Shown here: piece after piece, positions 1-20,100 of the stretch
How the letters are laid out: each line of letters opens with the position of its first letter
How positions within the stretch are numbered: position 1 is the first letter of the stretch
Source of the DNA: the human T2T-CHM13v2.0 reference genome, Homo sapiens
NCBI RefSeq assembly: GCF_009914755.1
Contig: NC_060938.1
Direction: 5' to 3' (one strand)
Length of the DNA stretch: 64,000 nt
The notes under the pieces: generated by a model
Databases searched by the model: none
What the model saw: only the letters and a program-made list of their open reading frames with translations
What the model was told of the DNA's origin: nothing
Made by a program: the position numbers and the translations under genes

Positions 1-1550
1 CTCTCCTGGTCAGCAGACAGAAATAGCCATACTAATCTCATAGGGCTCAAATGCATCTTCAGGCAGCAGGGAACCAAGCAGCGTGGCACAGGCCTTCTTG
101 ACTGGAGGAAGAGCTTGCTGGCATGGTGGGCAGTATTCCAGGAGAGGCCATGTCCGTGTTCACTTCTTGGCACATTTCAGTTCCGTTTTCCTCTTGTTTA
201 AAACTGCCTCTTTAGATGTGGATGCCTTAATGCTGTAACACATTTGAAAACATTGGCAATACTTAAGTTGCTGCCATGATTACAGATGGAATTATTGGCT
301 ACCAAAGAGACGCAATTGATGATGAGAAGCATGATTCTTGCTTCCATATAACCAAAGTTAATCTTAATTGCAATTTGACTCCGTTTCCTTGGTAGGGATA
401 GACTTTCTTCAGATTCCAAGTGCTCTCTTAAATGGCAAATTAAGTTAAAGAATACTACTGCTCCATTCCCCTCACTTATTCTCCAGTTAATTGCTTGTCA
501 GTTCCATTTCAAGAAAGCAGTGATGTTCCAGGTTTGATTCAGTTTTCCTGTGCACACTATTGCCAAATTTTTTTTTAGCAAAGATTCTGCACTGGAACGT
601 AGACAGTTGGAAACAGTACTACCTACCTAGAGGTTATGTGTTTTCTCTTTCTCCCCGCTTTCACCTCTTTCTTTCCCAATTCAAAACAGCCAAGTGAGCC
701 CTGTTCTGGTATTTTGAATCATTAGAGAAAAGAAAGGGAGTGGCTGTTTTGAGTTGTCCTTTCTTTGCAGAAAGGAGAAAATGTGATTGTGTTTTTTTTT
801 TACCAGCCTACTTCTAAGTGTCACTGCCTGGTTTTTCTCTTTTTCAAGGATTAGAACTAAGAGGACACACCAGCATCGGAGTGTATTAAGCCCCTGAAAC
901 ACATGGTAGCTAGGGACTGAACACAGGAACCGTATGACAGCAGCACAAACCCCCAAAGGATGTTCCTGCCTTGTGGGCCCCTGAGCCCCTTGGGAGACTG
1001 AGAATCATGACCAGATTCATCCAGAACTGCTGCAGTGTTAAGTGAAAATCCTCTGTAGTTGTTCTGCAGAGGAACCTTCCTTCCATTAGAAAATTTCTGC
1101 TCAATACAGAATGGTCCACATCACCCAAAGTGCACTGTTGGAGATGCTGTGAAATTAAAACCTCTTTGTACCTGAGACATCTAGATTCACCTCAGGAGGC
1201 CTGAAGGAAATGTGTAACTTGTGGGAAAGAACTAGACAACCATTTAGGAATTCTCTAGATATACTCAGCCTAACCCAGTGGCTTAACACAAGGAGATTGG
1301 CTTTGATCTTTTTTTCTTGTGGCATCTTCCAGCAAGTTAGAAGTCTCATGGGATAAGACTGCAGTTCCCCTGGTTCAATAGCTGGAACAGTGATTTTAAA
1401 TGTCCCTTTTTCTGGATCCCTTGTAAACATGAAATCATTCCATGGATGGCTGCCTTATAATTTTGTCTCTTTCCACTTTAATTGTGAATGGTTAAAAAAA
1501 TGCTGTTTTCTGATATTAAATTTTTATTAGTGCATACCTTAATCTGAGTG
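1..1550 (+). other. SLC39A9: Distal 3' UTR of upstream gene (probably SLC39A9/ZIP9)
   Basis: Repeat-free, AT/U-rich, non-coding block ending in a poly(A) signal. Gene name inferred only from recalled synteny (SLC39A9 lies just upstream of PLEKHD1 on the same strand); no coding exon is in the window. Confidence 0.6.
1515..1520 (+). terminator. Polyadenylation signal ATTAAA
   Basis: ATTAAA followed ~45 nt later by a U/GU-rich downstream element (ccttttggcagtttgtttg). Confidence 0.6.
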
Positions 1551-2069
1551 GCTCATTACTTATCCTTTTGGCAGTTTGTTTGATGACCAGAATTGACCTG
1601 TATTTGAACATCAGAAAAGAGAATGAAAAGTTGTGATGGATGGTAGAAAGATGTACCTACCACAGGCACATCCTTTAGGGAAGGGAGGGAGAAAGGAGAG
1701 AGGGGAAATTAAGGACTTGATAGACCAATCTGCCCTGAAAGACACAAATGCATTGATAATTGTTTTTGCCTTGCTGTTGTTAGCAAATATTATTTACGAA
1801 GGTAGCTCTCTCTACTCTCAGAAAAGAGAAAGAGGCAACAGATCCAAACCACAGTGGATTCATTTCATAGGGCAGAGTTGTTATATGAGTAGATAGATGC
1901 TATGAACAACTGACCCTGGAAATTAAAGAGATTTGATTAGAAACGTGACGTGTGAATTTGATAAATGTTTTTCTCCCTCTGTGGACTTATGGTTAGTCAT
2001 TAGATTTCATTAAATACTACTGGCCCACTTTGTGCTGGTTTTCTATATGTATAGTTACATGTATAGCTA

Positions 2070-2272
<203 letters not shown>

Positions 2273-2280
2273 TTCCCTGA

Positions 2281-2681
<401 letters not shown>

Positions 2682-2804
2682 TGATCTGTTTTTTAATCTA
2701 GGTGCTGGTTACAGGGTTATAGCAGGTGAAAAAGCAGTACACATGATTTGTGCTTTTTACCTTATGTCATAGCTCAATAAAAAGTCTTTAAAAGTCAGTG
2801 TCAC

Positions 2805-3412
<608 letters not shown>

Positions 3413-3624
3413 AAAAAAAGGAAGAATTCTGTTCTAAATTAAGAGAGTCTGAAGAGATGAAATAATCAATTCCAGTGATTAACCTGGATTGGAGGTTCCT
3501 TTTTGATTGAACCAGATCAGAAATTTGAAAGTTCAAAAAACATGTTGGGGATGACAGCTGCACAATTCTGTGAACCTACCAAAAGCTATTGAATTGTACA
3601 CTTAAAAAATGGGAACTCAACATT

Positions 3625-4331
3625 AAGGGCACATTCCTCCACAAAACTGCTCTCCAGACACCAGCAGCAAGTTCAGGAATTACCAGGCCATCCTTTCTTC
3701 TGACTAGCTGGCTGCAAATTTGGAGTTTCCCACAGCCACTCTCTGGTCAGTAATTTGCTAAAACAACTCACAGAACTCCAGAAAAAACTATGTTATGATT
3801 GCAGTTCTATTATAGCAAAAAGGACAGACCAGAAACAGAAGAAGAGGTGCCTGGGGCAAAGTCTGAGAGAGTCCCAAATGTGAAGCTTCCCTCATTCTCA
3901 GGGACACATTGCCCTCCCAGCATTGAAGCATGAAAATACTCTGACCAGGGACGTTCTCCTGAGTTTTGGTATCCGGAGTTTTTATTGAGGCTTCGTTATT
4001 TAGGTATGATTGAATCATTGGCTATGTGGTTGAACTCAATCTCTAGCCCCCTTTTCCTTCCTGGAGGTTGGACTGGTATCACATGACTCAAAGCCCCAAC
4101 TCTAACTACATGGTTGGCTTTTCCGGGTGGCCAGCTCCCAGCCTGAGTCATCTTGCAAACATAAACTATCCAGGGGTCTTCCGTGAGTCACTGTGTTAGC
4201 AGAAACTATCAAGTGGGATCCCAGGAGTCCACCGTGAATAATGAATACTCCTATCACTCAGGAAATTCCAGAGAATTAGAGGTTACTTCCCAGAAACCAA
4301 AGACAAAGGCCGCCTAATTCTTTACTACACA
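3625..4331. mobile_element. MER21-family LTR
   Basis: Recognisable MER21 motifs (taatttgctaaaacaactcacagaactc; caggaaattcc...ctttactacaca). Confidence 0.7.
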
Positions 4332-4366
4332 GATGGTCAGAGCTGGACACTTAAAGGTGAAACCTG

Positions 4367-4771
<405 letters not shown>

Positions 4772-4836
4772 TCAAGAAGAAGCAAAAAGACAAGTGCAGC
4801 TGGAATGGAGTGAGGAAAGAATAGTTGAAAAGGAAG

Positions 4837-5170
<334 letters not shown>

Positions 5171-5859
5171 CTAATTAAACTGACAAAGTCTCAATGCAAG
5201 CACTGACACAGAGATAGTGGAATGAAAGAGCCCAGCAGTAAGAAGCAGAATATTTAAGAATCTAAAATATGGCTAAAGATGACTTAAGGAAAAAAGAAAA
5301 AGCCACAGCATAGAAAAACACAATGGTAATTGTTGGGAAATTTTAAGAAAAGCAATCAGATTAAATGCTAGGTTTATACCATATATGCAGTAAATGGTAG
5401 CTGGACAAAATAGTGAAATGTTAAAAGAAAAAAATGGATAAAATGGAAGCCAGTGTAAAGTGATACTACATTTCTAAAGAGCATACCAAGAGTTTGAATA
5501 TATTTATGCTTTTTATCCCAGGCCTTCCACCTTTGGAATTTATTATAAGCAATTACAAAAATATATATTCGCCTAGAAATGTTTATGGGAAATGTATTTT
5601 TAATAGCATAAAATTGGAATTAGCCTAAATATACAATAATATATCTCATTGAGATTATGCCAGCAGAGGAAAAAATGGGATGATGTAATCTTATGTGACT
5701 GAAAGCTGGAACAAAATTTTGTTTATAGTTAGAAATATTTACCTGTGTTAATATAGTCTAGTAAAAATACATAAATTGAGTGACAAGGACTTTCAGTTAT
5801 GAGTAACTTATTTCTTGTTACTAAATGGCACATATTTGTGATTATGCCGCTTTGTAATT

Positions 5860-6150
5860 TTTTTCTTTTTTTTTTTTAGAGACAGGGTCGCCCAGGCTGG
5901 GGTGCAGTGGTAGGATCACAGCTCACTGTAACCTCCAACTCCTGGGCTCAAGCAACCCTCCCCCACCTCAGCCTCAGCCTGTAGTTAGGACTACAGGCAC
6001 ACACCACCACACTCAGCTAATTTTTTTAATTTTATTTTTCGTATGCAGAGATGAGGTCTTGCTATGTTGCCTGGGCTAGTCTCGAACCCCTTGGCTCAAG
6101 AAATTCTGCTCTGGCCTCCAAAAGTGTTGGGATTACAGGCATGAGCCATG
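5860..6150 (-). mobile_element. AluJ
   Basis: Diverged Alu in reverse orientation. Confidence 0.85.
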
Positions 6151-6636
6151 CTGCCATGTCCCATATTGTTTATTAATAAAATTTTTTCATATCTCAGAGA
6201 AGGAAATCTTTCTACTTTAGCCCTCATTAAACTGAGTTCATCTCACTCTACTGAAACTTAAGATTCCTGTTTCCAACTCAAAAGGTCTTTTCTAGGTTGT
6301 CATTCTCCTCTAACTTTCTGGTCCCTGGACATTGTTAATTACCCTCTTTGAGAGCAAGGCAGTCACTCCTCAGGGAAAGCAGAATGTCCCATGCAAAGCC
6401 TCCTCCTAACATGATTCTATCCCCCAGCACCAAAATATCACTTCACTTCCTATCATCCAGGGCTGTTTCTTATATACCAACATATTACTCATAAATGAGA
6501 GAAATACAAACTCCTCCAGGAGGAAATAAGAGACTTGGTTTAAGGGTTCAGACCCTGTCCCTTAGTCATTAAGAGCAATCACTGAATAGCCAGAAATGTA
6601 GGTGGGATAGTCAATCTGGTGAAAGGGGAAGATAAG

Positions 6637-6986
<350 letters not shown>

Positions 6987-7680
6987 TCAAATCTCAACTA
7001 TTTGTGAACAGGAGGCACCTCAGAAGCTCCTTGGAATTTCACCACTAATAAATCATTTCTGAACAGGAGTTACATCTTCAACCATGGTGGAACGATGTCT
7101 ATCCAGTGAGCCAAATTCCTGTAGTTCTCCAATACCTCATCTTGATACACAGCCTTCTGTGCTGGTTTCGATCAACCCCACTCCTTAGAGAAATAAAGGC
7201 CACATTCTTGAATGTCAGTAGGCCAAGAAATAAACACAGTTATTCATGAAGAGGTCAGGCATTCACATGTTTTGGGAGGACTTGTGGAGTTAGTTAAGAC
7301 AAGGGAGATAGTTCATGGATAGGACCATGTTTTTATCCAGTGTTCAGAGCCGTGAGTTAAACAATAACAGATTAGTTAAATTATGGAAAAGCAATACAAT
7401 GGAATACTATGAGATCAAAAATGTAATTACAAATATGTTCATGATTAATTTCAGGTATGAAAAGCAGTTTACCAGACTGCATGTGGCAGATACTCCTTTT
7501 GAAAATTGTAATATAAGGATAGTGAAAAAGAAGGGCAGAGATAAATGAATACAACTAGTTCAGAAAATTATACCCTCAAATTTCAACTGTAATTATCTCT
7601 GGATTGTGGAATTGTGAGTAATGTTTGATTTATTCTTTTTATTATAAGTGCTTTCACATTTGTCGACAATCACCATATAT

Positions 7681-8045
<365 letters not shown>

Positions 8046-8551
8046 TAGAATTAGGGGTTTTTAAAAAAGTCATTTGTTAAATGGAATTTTTCAACTTAGG
8101 AAGAGAAATTTTATTTTACATTCAAAATGTGCATATTTGCATTCAAAACACATAGAAGTGAAATGGCCATTTCATCATTTTCCGGATTTCTCTTTGGCAG
8201 ATCAAGGATTCTGAGGAAGTAGAGATGGTATGGAAGAAAGATACCCTGAGAGAAGCTGGCTTTGCACCAGCTCGGTCCTCTTCCTTCCTTTCTTGCATAA
8301 GCAAACACTCACACATGTACACAGAGAGAGAGAGAGAGAGGAGGATGTTAGAGGGAAACTAGAGCCACTCACCCCTTCCCAGGATCAGAGAACACAGAAA
8401 AGATCATTATTTTTGGCAGCTACTCTCTGTTCTTGAACTCACAACACTGTCCTGACTATGAATAAGGTCAGGTTGGATACATTTACAACTGTCTCCTTGA
8501 ACTATAGGCTCACAAGCTTAAAATTCAACCATTCTTTCTTAAGTTGTTTCT

Positions 8552-9164
8552 CTTTTTTTTTTTTAAGAGACAGGGTCTCTCTCGCTCTATCGCCCAGGCT
8601 GGAGTGAAGTGGCAAGATCATAGCTCACTGCAGCCTAGAACTCTTGGGCTCCAGTGATCCTCCTGCCTGAGACTTCTGAGTAGCTGGGACCACAGGTGCA
8701 CGCCAGCATGCCTGGATAATTTTTTAATTTTTTTGTGTAGATGGGGGTCTCACTCTGTTGCCTAGGCAACATAGAATTATTGGCCTCAAGCAATTCTCCC
8801 GCCTCACCCTCCCAAAGCACAGAGACGACTGGTGTGAACCACTACTCCCAGACTTAAGTTGTCTCTTTTTAGTTTTTTTTTTGAGACGGAGTCTCACTCT
8901 GTTGCACAGGCTGGAGCGCAGTGGCATGATCTCGGCTCACTGCAACCTCCGCCTCCCAGGTTCAGGCATCCTTCTGCCTCAGCCTCCACTAGTAGCTGGG
9001 ATTACAGGCACCCACCTCCATGCCTGGCTAATTTTTGTATTTTTAGTAGAGACGGGGTTTCATCTTGTTGGCCAGGCTGATCTCGAACTCCTGACCTCAG
9101 GTGATCCACCCACCTAGGCCTCCCAAAGTGCTGGGATTACAGGCGTGAGCCACCGTGCCCTGCC
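8552..9164 (-). mobile_element. Two tandem Alus (AluJ ~8552-8852, AluS ~8868-9164)
   Basis: aagttgt(t/c)tct target sequence present three times (8541, 8856, 9165). Confidence 0.85.
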
Positions 9165-9241
9165 AAGTTGTCTCTTAATATCAGTAATCAGTAACTAAGG
9201 TCTGAGGTTTGCTTTAATTACAGTTTTTCATTTGATCCTCA

Positions 9242-9611
<370 letters not shown>

Positions 9612-9892
9612 CTAGTAAATGGCTGAGTTGGTATTTGAATCCACGTCTGTCTGACTCTAAAGTGTGTGCAATTCCACCACATCACTGTGTCTACAAGGGA
9701 AATGCTGCCTCTGCCCTCTCCTGAAGAATGTATAAAGAAAGAGGCAATGTGGTGTATTTCCTGGAAAAAGCACCTTGGAAGAAAGAAAGCATTAACTTCT
9801 TGCCCATGATCATCCTTATCAGAAGCAGCAGTAGTGGCATTATTTTACATTTAGTCCTCCCCAGTAACTCAGTGAGCTATGTGCTACAATTC

Positions 9893-10555
<663 letters not shown>

Positions 10556-11662
10556 CATCCCCACTTTCAAATGTGGAAACCAAGGCACATCTCTGAAGCT
10601 GGAGCTCAGGCATTCTGGCTCCTGAGTCCACACTCTTAACTACACTGTAGAGGTCACAAGGTCTGAGAGAAACTGGATCAAACCAAGAGAGAGTAGCTCT
10701 GGAGTCTAGACCTGGTTCAAGGACAAACTGTACTACCTTGAATAGGGATGGTTTTCTCATTCAGGACTGGGCATCGCAGGGGCTGGCCAGCATCCAGGAC
10801 CTCGGAGTCCCAGTCATTCAGAATCATGCTGCCTCAGGATGTCTCAAGTCCAGGGCTCCCCACACTTTCCCATGCCAAAGGTGCCTAACAGCAGAAGAGA
10901 ATGAACCACCACCCATGGTAGTCTAGTATTTGGCCGAGAGATGTCAACCCATACACAGGAAGCTCCTTGACATCTCACTTTTGCTGACTTTGTCTTCTCC
11001 TTCATAATCCACATTTATTTTTACCATAGATATAATGTTTAAAATTAATTACCAGATAAACTCTTAGGCTTCCAGAGCTTAAGGTTCCTTCCAAACCTTC
11101 TGGTGAAACGGCTGCTTCACGGAAATGGTGAGAAAATGTTTCACACGTTTTTACACAGTCACACACAAGTGTGTATCTACTTCTCAATGGTCCCAGCCAC
11201 ACACTCAACGACCCGTGCTGAGTCAGAACCAAACACCACACACCGTCACAACAATCACCACACACAGCGATGGTCACATGCCCACTCGGTCACTCACCCA
11301 CAACCAGAGAGAGAATCACACACAGGCGGCACACCCAACACCACAGCCCTTCAAGCAGCAACCCAGGGAATCAAACACTCACCTGCCTACACATGTATGT
11401 ATGTCTGTTTTTAATTCTTCTAAGCTAGAGCTGCATCCTCCCGTATACTGTTTATAATGTAAGAAGTAAGCAACCTTGAGTCTTTGTCCTTGTGTCTGGA
11501 ATGCTCTTCCCCCTCCTTCAACTCTGGATGCAATGTCTCCTTCCATTAGGCTTACCGGGACCGCGTGAGTTAAAACTGTAACCTGTCCCCACCCCCATGT
11601 TCTGTATGCTGCTCTATTTCTTTTTCGGTAACGTTAATCACCGTGTCATGTGCTTTATAAAG

Positions 11663-12472
11663 CAGCCATGCAACACAGAGCAATGTTTCGGTCAATGATG
11701 GACCACATTTATAACCATGGTCCTCTAAGATTATAATACTGTATTTTTACTCCACCTTTTTCTGTGGTTAGACACACAAATACTTACCATTGCATTGCAA
11801 CTGGCTACAGTGTTCAGTACAGTAATGTGCTGCACAGGTTTGTAGCCTAGGAGCAATAGGCTGTACCATACAGCCTAGGTGTGTGGTAGGCTATGCCATC
11901 TAGGTTTGTGTAAGTGCACTCTATGGCAGGGGTCCCCAACCCCGGGCCACAGACCAGTACTGGTCCTTGGCCTATTAGGAACCGGGCCACACAGCAGGAG
12001 GTGAGCGGCAGGTGAAGAAGCATTACCACCTGAGTTCTGCCTCCAGTCAGATCAGCGGCAGCATTCGATTCTCATAGGAGCATGAACCCTACTGTGAACT
12101 GCACACACAGGGATCTAGGTTGCATGCTCCTTATGAGAATCTAATGCCTGATGATCCATCACCGTCTCCCATCATCCCCAGATGGGACCGTTTAGTTGCA
12201 GGAAAACAAGTTCAGGGCTCCCACTGATTCTACATTATGGTGAGTTGTATAATTATTTCATTATATATTACAATGTAATAATAGAAATAAAGTGCACCAT
12301 AAATGTATTGCACTTAAATCATCCTGAAACCATCTCCCCCCAAACTCCAGTGCATGAAAAAATTGTCTTGCATGAAACTGGTTCCTGGTGCCAAAAAAGT
12401 TGGGGACCACTGCTCTACAGTGTCCAAACAAGGACAAAATTGCCTAAGGACATGTTTCTCAGAATGTATCCC
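11663..12472 (+). mobile_element. Tigger3a (Tc1/mariner MITE) interrupted by MER1A
   Basis: Matches recalled Tigger3a (cagtcatg...gtttcggtcaa...gtgtaagtacactctatg / ...tttctcagaacgtatcc); 3' terminal repeat lost. Confidence 0.8.
11927..12412. mobile_element. MER1A (hAT-Charlie)
   Basis: TIRs caggggtccccaac / gttggggaccactg; degenerate 8-bp TSD ctctatgg/ctctacag. Confidence 0.85.
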
Positions 12473-13176
12473 TACCCCACCCTCCCACCAACCCTCCCTC
12501 TCCCCGCCCCAGCTGCAGCCCTGATCCCTGGCAGGACCAGCTGCTGACCCTGCGTGTGTGTAGCTCCACCTCTGCCTCACTTGGTGAGGGCTGCTTGGGA
12601 GTTAGCAGTATCAGAAAGGGCATGGAACTGAGTGTACAGGTGGGAAATTAACTGGGTTCAGGTTACTAACTCAGTGCTGACCAGCCACAGCAAGGTGCTG
12701 TATGACTAATTTAGGAATCAGAAAACCCGGATCCTATTACTGGCTCAGCCACTGATTTTTGTTACCATGTTAGCCACTGCCCAATTTTGTAATTTTTGGA
12801 CAGGAATGTGAGTAAAAGTTTGTGTCCCACTCTGGTTGCACAAGAATTGAGGAATCCCGACAAATTCAGGAGCCATCAGAGGAGGGCGCCCAGTGGAGAA
12901 GGGGATCGAGGGGGAGATTGGGGTCTTCGAGGAAGCTAGAAGGACCTGGATTGCTTGCTTATGTCTGGAATGCTCTTGAGGGCAGAATTTGATAACCATC
13001 TTCAGATACTTCAACTACTGTCTCACCAAAGCTTCCACTCCTGAACTCTTGTTTCCTTCCAGCCCTCCAGCCCCCATCTGAATTGGGTGTTTGCTGGGCT
13101 AGGGGCAGAGGGTGGGAATGGCAGTAGAACCTATATTGTATTTTCATCTGTCCCTGCCTTCGCCCTGCTCAGTACT

Positions 13177-13916
13177 TGACAAACTGAGAGGAGCGGGGAC
13201 TCCTCTTAGGAGCCTGCCAGGCACCCTCCCCACCCACTCATCATGGAAATAAAGGAGAATCTGAGTTCCTTCAAGGGAAATTCCAGGCACCTAGCTAGCC
13301 CTGAGAAGTGGGCGAGCAATTTCATAAGCAAGAAGGCAAAAGCAGCCTAAAACAATAACCAAGGAAGTTAGAGTCTCAGAAAGTTTGGTTCCCTTTAGAA
13401 ACTAAAGATAATATCTTACCATATTTTCCTGAGTTGCTTTCCAGAAACCCAGACCCCCACCAAATGATCTGCTGGCACATAGACCTCAGATAGGGGGAAA
13501 TGAGGGCTGAACTCTGACCACCGGTTCGCGACCATGGGCCAGAGCTAACATTCTTTTCTGCTAACTCCGAATTTTTAGACAAAGTTTTGCCTCCTTTACC
13601 AAATGCAAATCAGAAAATCTTTGTGAATTCACCTGTGACCTGTGCCCCACCCGCCTTGAGATGTCCACCTTTTTAGGTCAAACCAACGTATAGCCTCCAT
13701 TGTATTAATTTATGGCTTATGACTTTGCTTGTAACCTCTGCCTTTAGAAAGTCTTGCCTGTAAGCTGTTTGGGAGTTCTGGTCTGAAGTATAAACTGCCA
13801 GATTCTCCTTCCTTGGCACCCTGCAATACATGCCTCACTTTCTCTGACTGCAATCCCCATGGCCGTGTTTGGCTTTGCTTCACTGGGTGTGCGGATGCAA
13901 ATTCAGTTTAGTAACA
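13177..13916 (+). mobile_element. Solo LTR, ERV1 class (MER72-like; subfamily uncertain)
   Basis: ~740 bp TG...CA with aagggaaattccaggcacctagctagccctgagaag motif; no clear TSD. Confidence 0.6.
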
Positions 13917-14004
13917 AAGCCAGAAAAGAACATGCTATTGAACCTGGAAAAAAAATTCCAAGAAAGTATGATGCAGAGAGTTAGATGTCCTGGTCACCCC
14001 CTTC

Positions 14005-14165
14005 TTTTTTTAAAAAGAGATTGGAGATCTCGTTCTGTCATCCAGGCTGGAGTGTGGTGGTGTAATCACAGCTCAATGTGACCTCGAGTTCCTGGGCTCA
14101 GTTGATCCTCCCACCTCAGCCTCCCAACGCTCTGGGATTATAGGTATGAGCCACTGTTCCTGGTT
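14005..14165 (-). mobile_element. Alu monomer (FLAM/AluJ fragment)
   Basis: Single-arm Alu similarity. Confidence 0.7.
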
Positions 14166-15121
14166 AGCTCCCTTTTGATATATGAAGACAAGAGTGTTTT
14201 AAAGTAACTTGACCAAAGTCTTCTCATTGAGTAAAGATGGAGCTAACGCTGGTGACCAGCCTTTGGCTCCTAGTCCAGTGAACTGCTAATTCTGTTCTAG
14301 ATGAGGGGCCAGCATCTTGGCTTTCCCTTAGATGTTCTGGGAGAGTGTGTGAGATCATAGCAATAAATGGCTATGGGCTTATTGGCCAGACTCAACATAT
14401 CTGCCTCTTACCATTCCCAAAATATACTTGCTCTTAGAAGCCAAATTAATGTATATTCTAATTCATGCATCACCCACAAGAGGGAGCACTGAATACCTTC
14501 AGGGTGTCTGCTGAGTGTGCTGCCCACAGCGATGCCGGTGGGTACCAAGAGCTAATGTTAGTGCGGTAGAGTAGCTGGCAGGCTGACAGGGTGGCATGGT
14601 TTTCCAGCCACTCCCAAAAACGCTTCTGCATTGGCAACATTGGGTGTGAGTGATTACTGGGCAGTGAGAGGGTGGGGTGGGGTAGAAGCCTAGCAAGAGG
14701 CTGGCCCTGCTGATGAGAACACAGCCCATCTAGTCTAGTGCCAGGGAGCTCAAGTGGAGAGAGACTTTGAAGCGGGGGCCTGCTTATGTGGCTTCAGGCT
14801 GTGCTTCCCCGCAAGTGAGGCTTCCCACAGGGGCCCCGGGGGACCCTACTCCCCAGCGCACCCAGAGATGGGTCAACTAGTCTTCTGTGCCCACACACCC
14901 TTGTGGCTCTCCCTCCCCCATAGTCCTTTGGCCTACTGGCTTTGCACCTTCATGTGGTACCTTGTGCCCCACCTCAACTCTCTCCTGGGTTGCCCTGGGG
15001 GAAACCCAGTCCTGCGCAGGTAGAGGAGCCCAAGGCCCATCGTGGCCTTAGGAAATACAATCAAAATAGGAATATAATTCAACCAAGGGGAGGAGGAAGT
15101 GGCATCAGAAAAGGCATCACT

Positions 15122-15722
15122 GCCGGGTGGAATGGCTCACGCCTATAATCCCAGCGTTTTGGGGAGCCGAGGCAGGTGGATCACTTGAGGTCAGGAGTTC
15201 GAGACCAGCCTGGCCAACATGGCAAAATCCTGTCTCTACTAAAAATACAAAAATTAGCTGCATGTGGTGGTGTGTGCCTGTAATCCCAACTATTCCAGAG
15301 GCTGAGGCATGAGAATCCCCTGAACCCAGGAGGTGGAAGTTGAAGTGAGCCGAGATCGAGGCACTGCATTCCAGCCTGGGTGACAGAGTGAGACTCTGTC
15401 TCAAAAAAAAAAAAAAAAAAAAAAAATGGCATCACTGCTGGGTGCAATGGATCATGCCTGTAATCCCAGCAACAGGAGGATCTTTCGAGCCCAGTAGTTC
15501 AACGCTAGCATGGCCAACATAGCAAGATCCCTAGGCCCTATTTCAAAAAAAAAAAAAAGTTTATTAGTTAGACGTTTTGGCATGTACCTGTAATCCCAGC
15601 TACTTGGGAGGCCGAGGAGAGAGGATTGCTTGAGCTCAGGAGTTCCAGGCTCAGTGAACTATGATGGCATCACTGCACTCTAGCCTGAGCAACCCTATCT
15701 CTTAAAATAATAATAATAATAA
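15122..15722 (+). mobile_element. Two tandem Alus (AluS ~15122-15427, AluJ ~15437-15722)
   Basis: g(g/a)catcact target sequence three times (15109-15121, 15428-15436, 15741-15752). Confidence 0.85.
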
Positions 15723-15954
15723 TGTTTTAAAAGAAAACTAAAAGACATCACTAAAGAAGTCTTTGGGCTGAATGTTGAAGAGGGATTTTGGGAATAAGAG
15801 AAGCATTGTAGACTGAGGAGACAGCAAGTGAGAAGATGTGAAGAGCATGGGACCTTCCCAGGCTAGCAGAACCAGCGTGGCTGGAGCAGAGGGCCAGGGG
15901 AATGACTGTGAGTGAGCGCGGACAGGGGCCAGGGACTAGACTGTGAAGGGTATT

Positions 15955-18461
<2,507 letters not shown>

Positions 18462-18671
18462 GTGTTAGAGCCAAAGTCAGGAGGTAGGAGCTGGGGTCAA
18501 GGGAATGGGACCCAGCAGAGGGCTTTACACAAGAGACTTACAGGATCAGCTTGGGGCCTTGAAAAGAGCATGCATGATGGTGGGGAGCTGGATTATTTAG
18601 GGAGTCAGCTGTTGGTGGGAAGAGTCACCAGAAAATGGTATTGCACAGTCCTAGTGAGAAAGGTGAATATG

Positions 18672-18812
18672 AGCCAGGCATGGTGGTGTGGACCTGTGGT
18701 CCCAGCTACTCCGGAGGCCAGAGCAGGAGGATCGCTTGAGCCTAGGAGTTAGAGGCCAGCCTGGACAACATAGGAAGACCCCATCTCTAAAAAAATAATA
18801 ATAATAACAAAA
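18672..18812 (+). mobile_element. FLAM Alu monomer
   Basis: Single arm with A-rich tail. Confidence 0.75.
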
Positions 18813-19798
18813 AAAGTTGGACATGAAGCAAGTTGAGAGTGGAAGGAGGAGTTCCTTCAGAACACGAAAGCCCAGAGAAGCCCAGTGATTGTCTTTAGTT
18901 CATACAGCTGGTGGCAGAGCCTGGACTTAAACTTATGTTAACACTAGAAGCAGGTGACCAATCTGCCATCTAGAGATTGCTTTCACATACGTTCCCAACC
19001 CCCCCGCCACACACGCAGACTATTTTATAGAGGAGGGGAAGTTGAGGACCTGATAGGTCAGTCTCCATTTGTTTGGCAAATTGAAACAGGAAATGGCAGC
19101 ACCTGAACAGAGGCTAAGCGAGGACAAACCGATTCAGTAAGCATTTGCTGAGCACCCACCACATGCCCTGGACTATGTCTTCAAGGACCTCCAAGTTTGA
19201 AAGGGAAGAAAACACATACAGAAAAACTCCAAACAAGGCAGACAGACGTGTGTTAGAATGGGCGATGGACAAAGATCCACGGGAAGACAGAGGAGGGTAT
19301 GGTTTCAGCTGAAATCGGTGCCACAGCCTTGTGGAATCTAGGGCAGGAGCCTGAATGGTGGAAGGAGGCTTGGAGGAGGGAAAGGGGTTCCATGGATGAC
19401 ACTTGGTGCTGCAGCAGGGCCTGGCCTGGAGCTCAGGTCTTTCTGCCTCTTCTGCTTCTTGGCCCCTCAGGGATACTTGGGCTGGGCCCAGCTGACAGAC
19501 AGATGCCGGTGCTGAAGCCAGAGTCGCAGCATTCCTGGGTCCTTCACTTGGCACAAGCCTGGAAACAAGTAGACACGACGTGGCCTGCCTGAGGGTGGGG
19601 TCAGGGACAGAGGGGCAGGGAGCTGAGGAGTTGGCACTATGGGAAGAGCCACTTTTGTCCAGGTTGCTGGGAGCTTCTGTGGCTCATGGTAGTCCAATAA
19701 CGATGACTCCAGGTGACCTCTGTCACCATTTTCTATTAGGCAATGTTTCCTGCCCATTCCTGGTTTTAGTGGGCTAAATAATACCCTTGTGTATAAGA

Positions 19799-20100
<302 letters not shown>

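Noticed and set aside
588-1137. Two TGCACTG (miR-148/152-type) seed matches in the 3' UTR
   Set aside because: 7-mers without conservation data cannot be told from chance
11130-11400. CA-rich stretch giving His/Thr-rich ORFs
   Set aside because: Low-complexity decayed simple repeat
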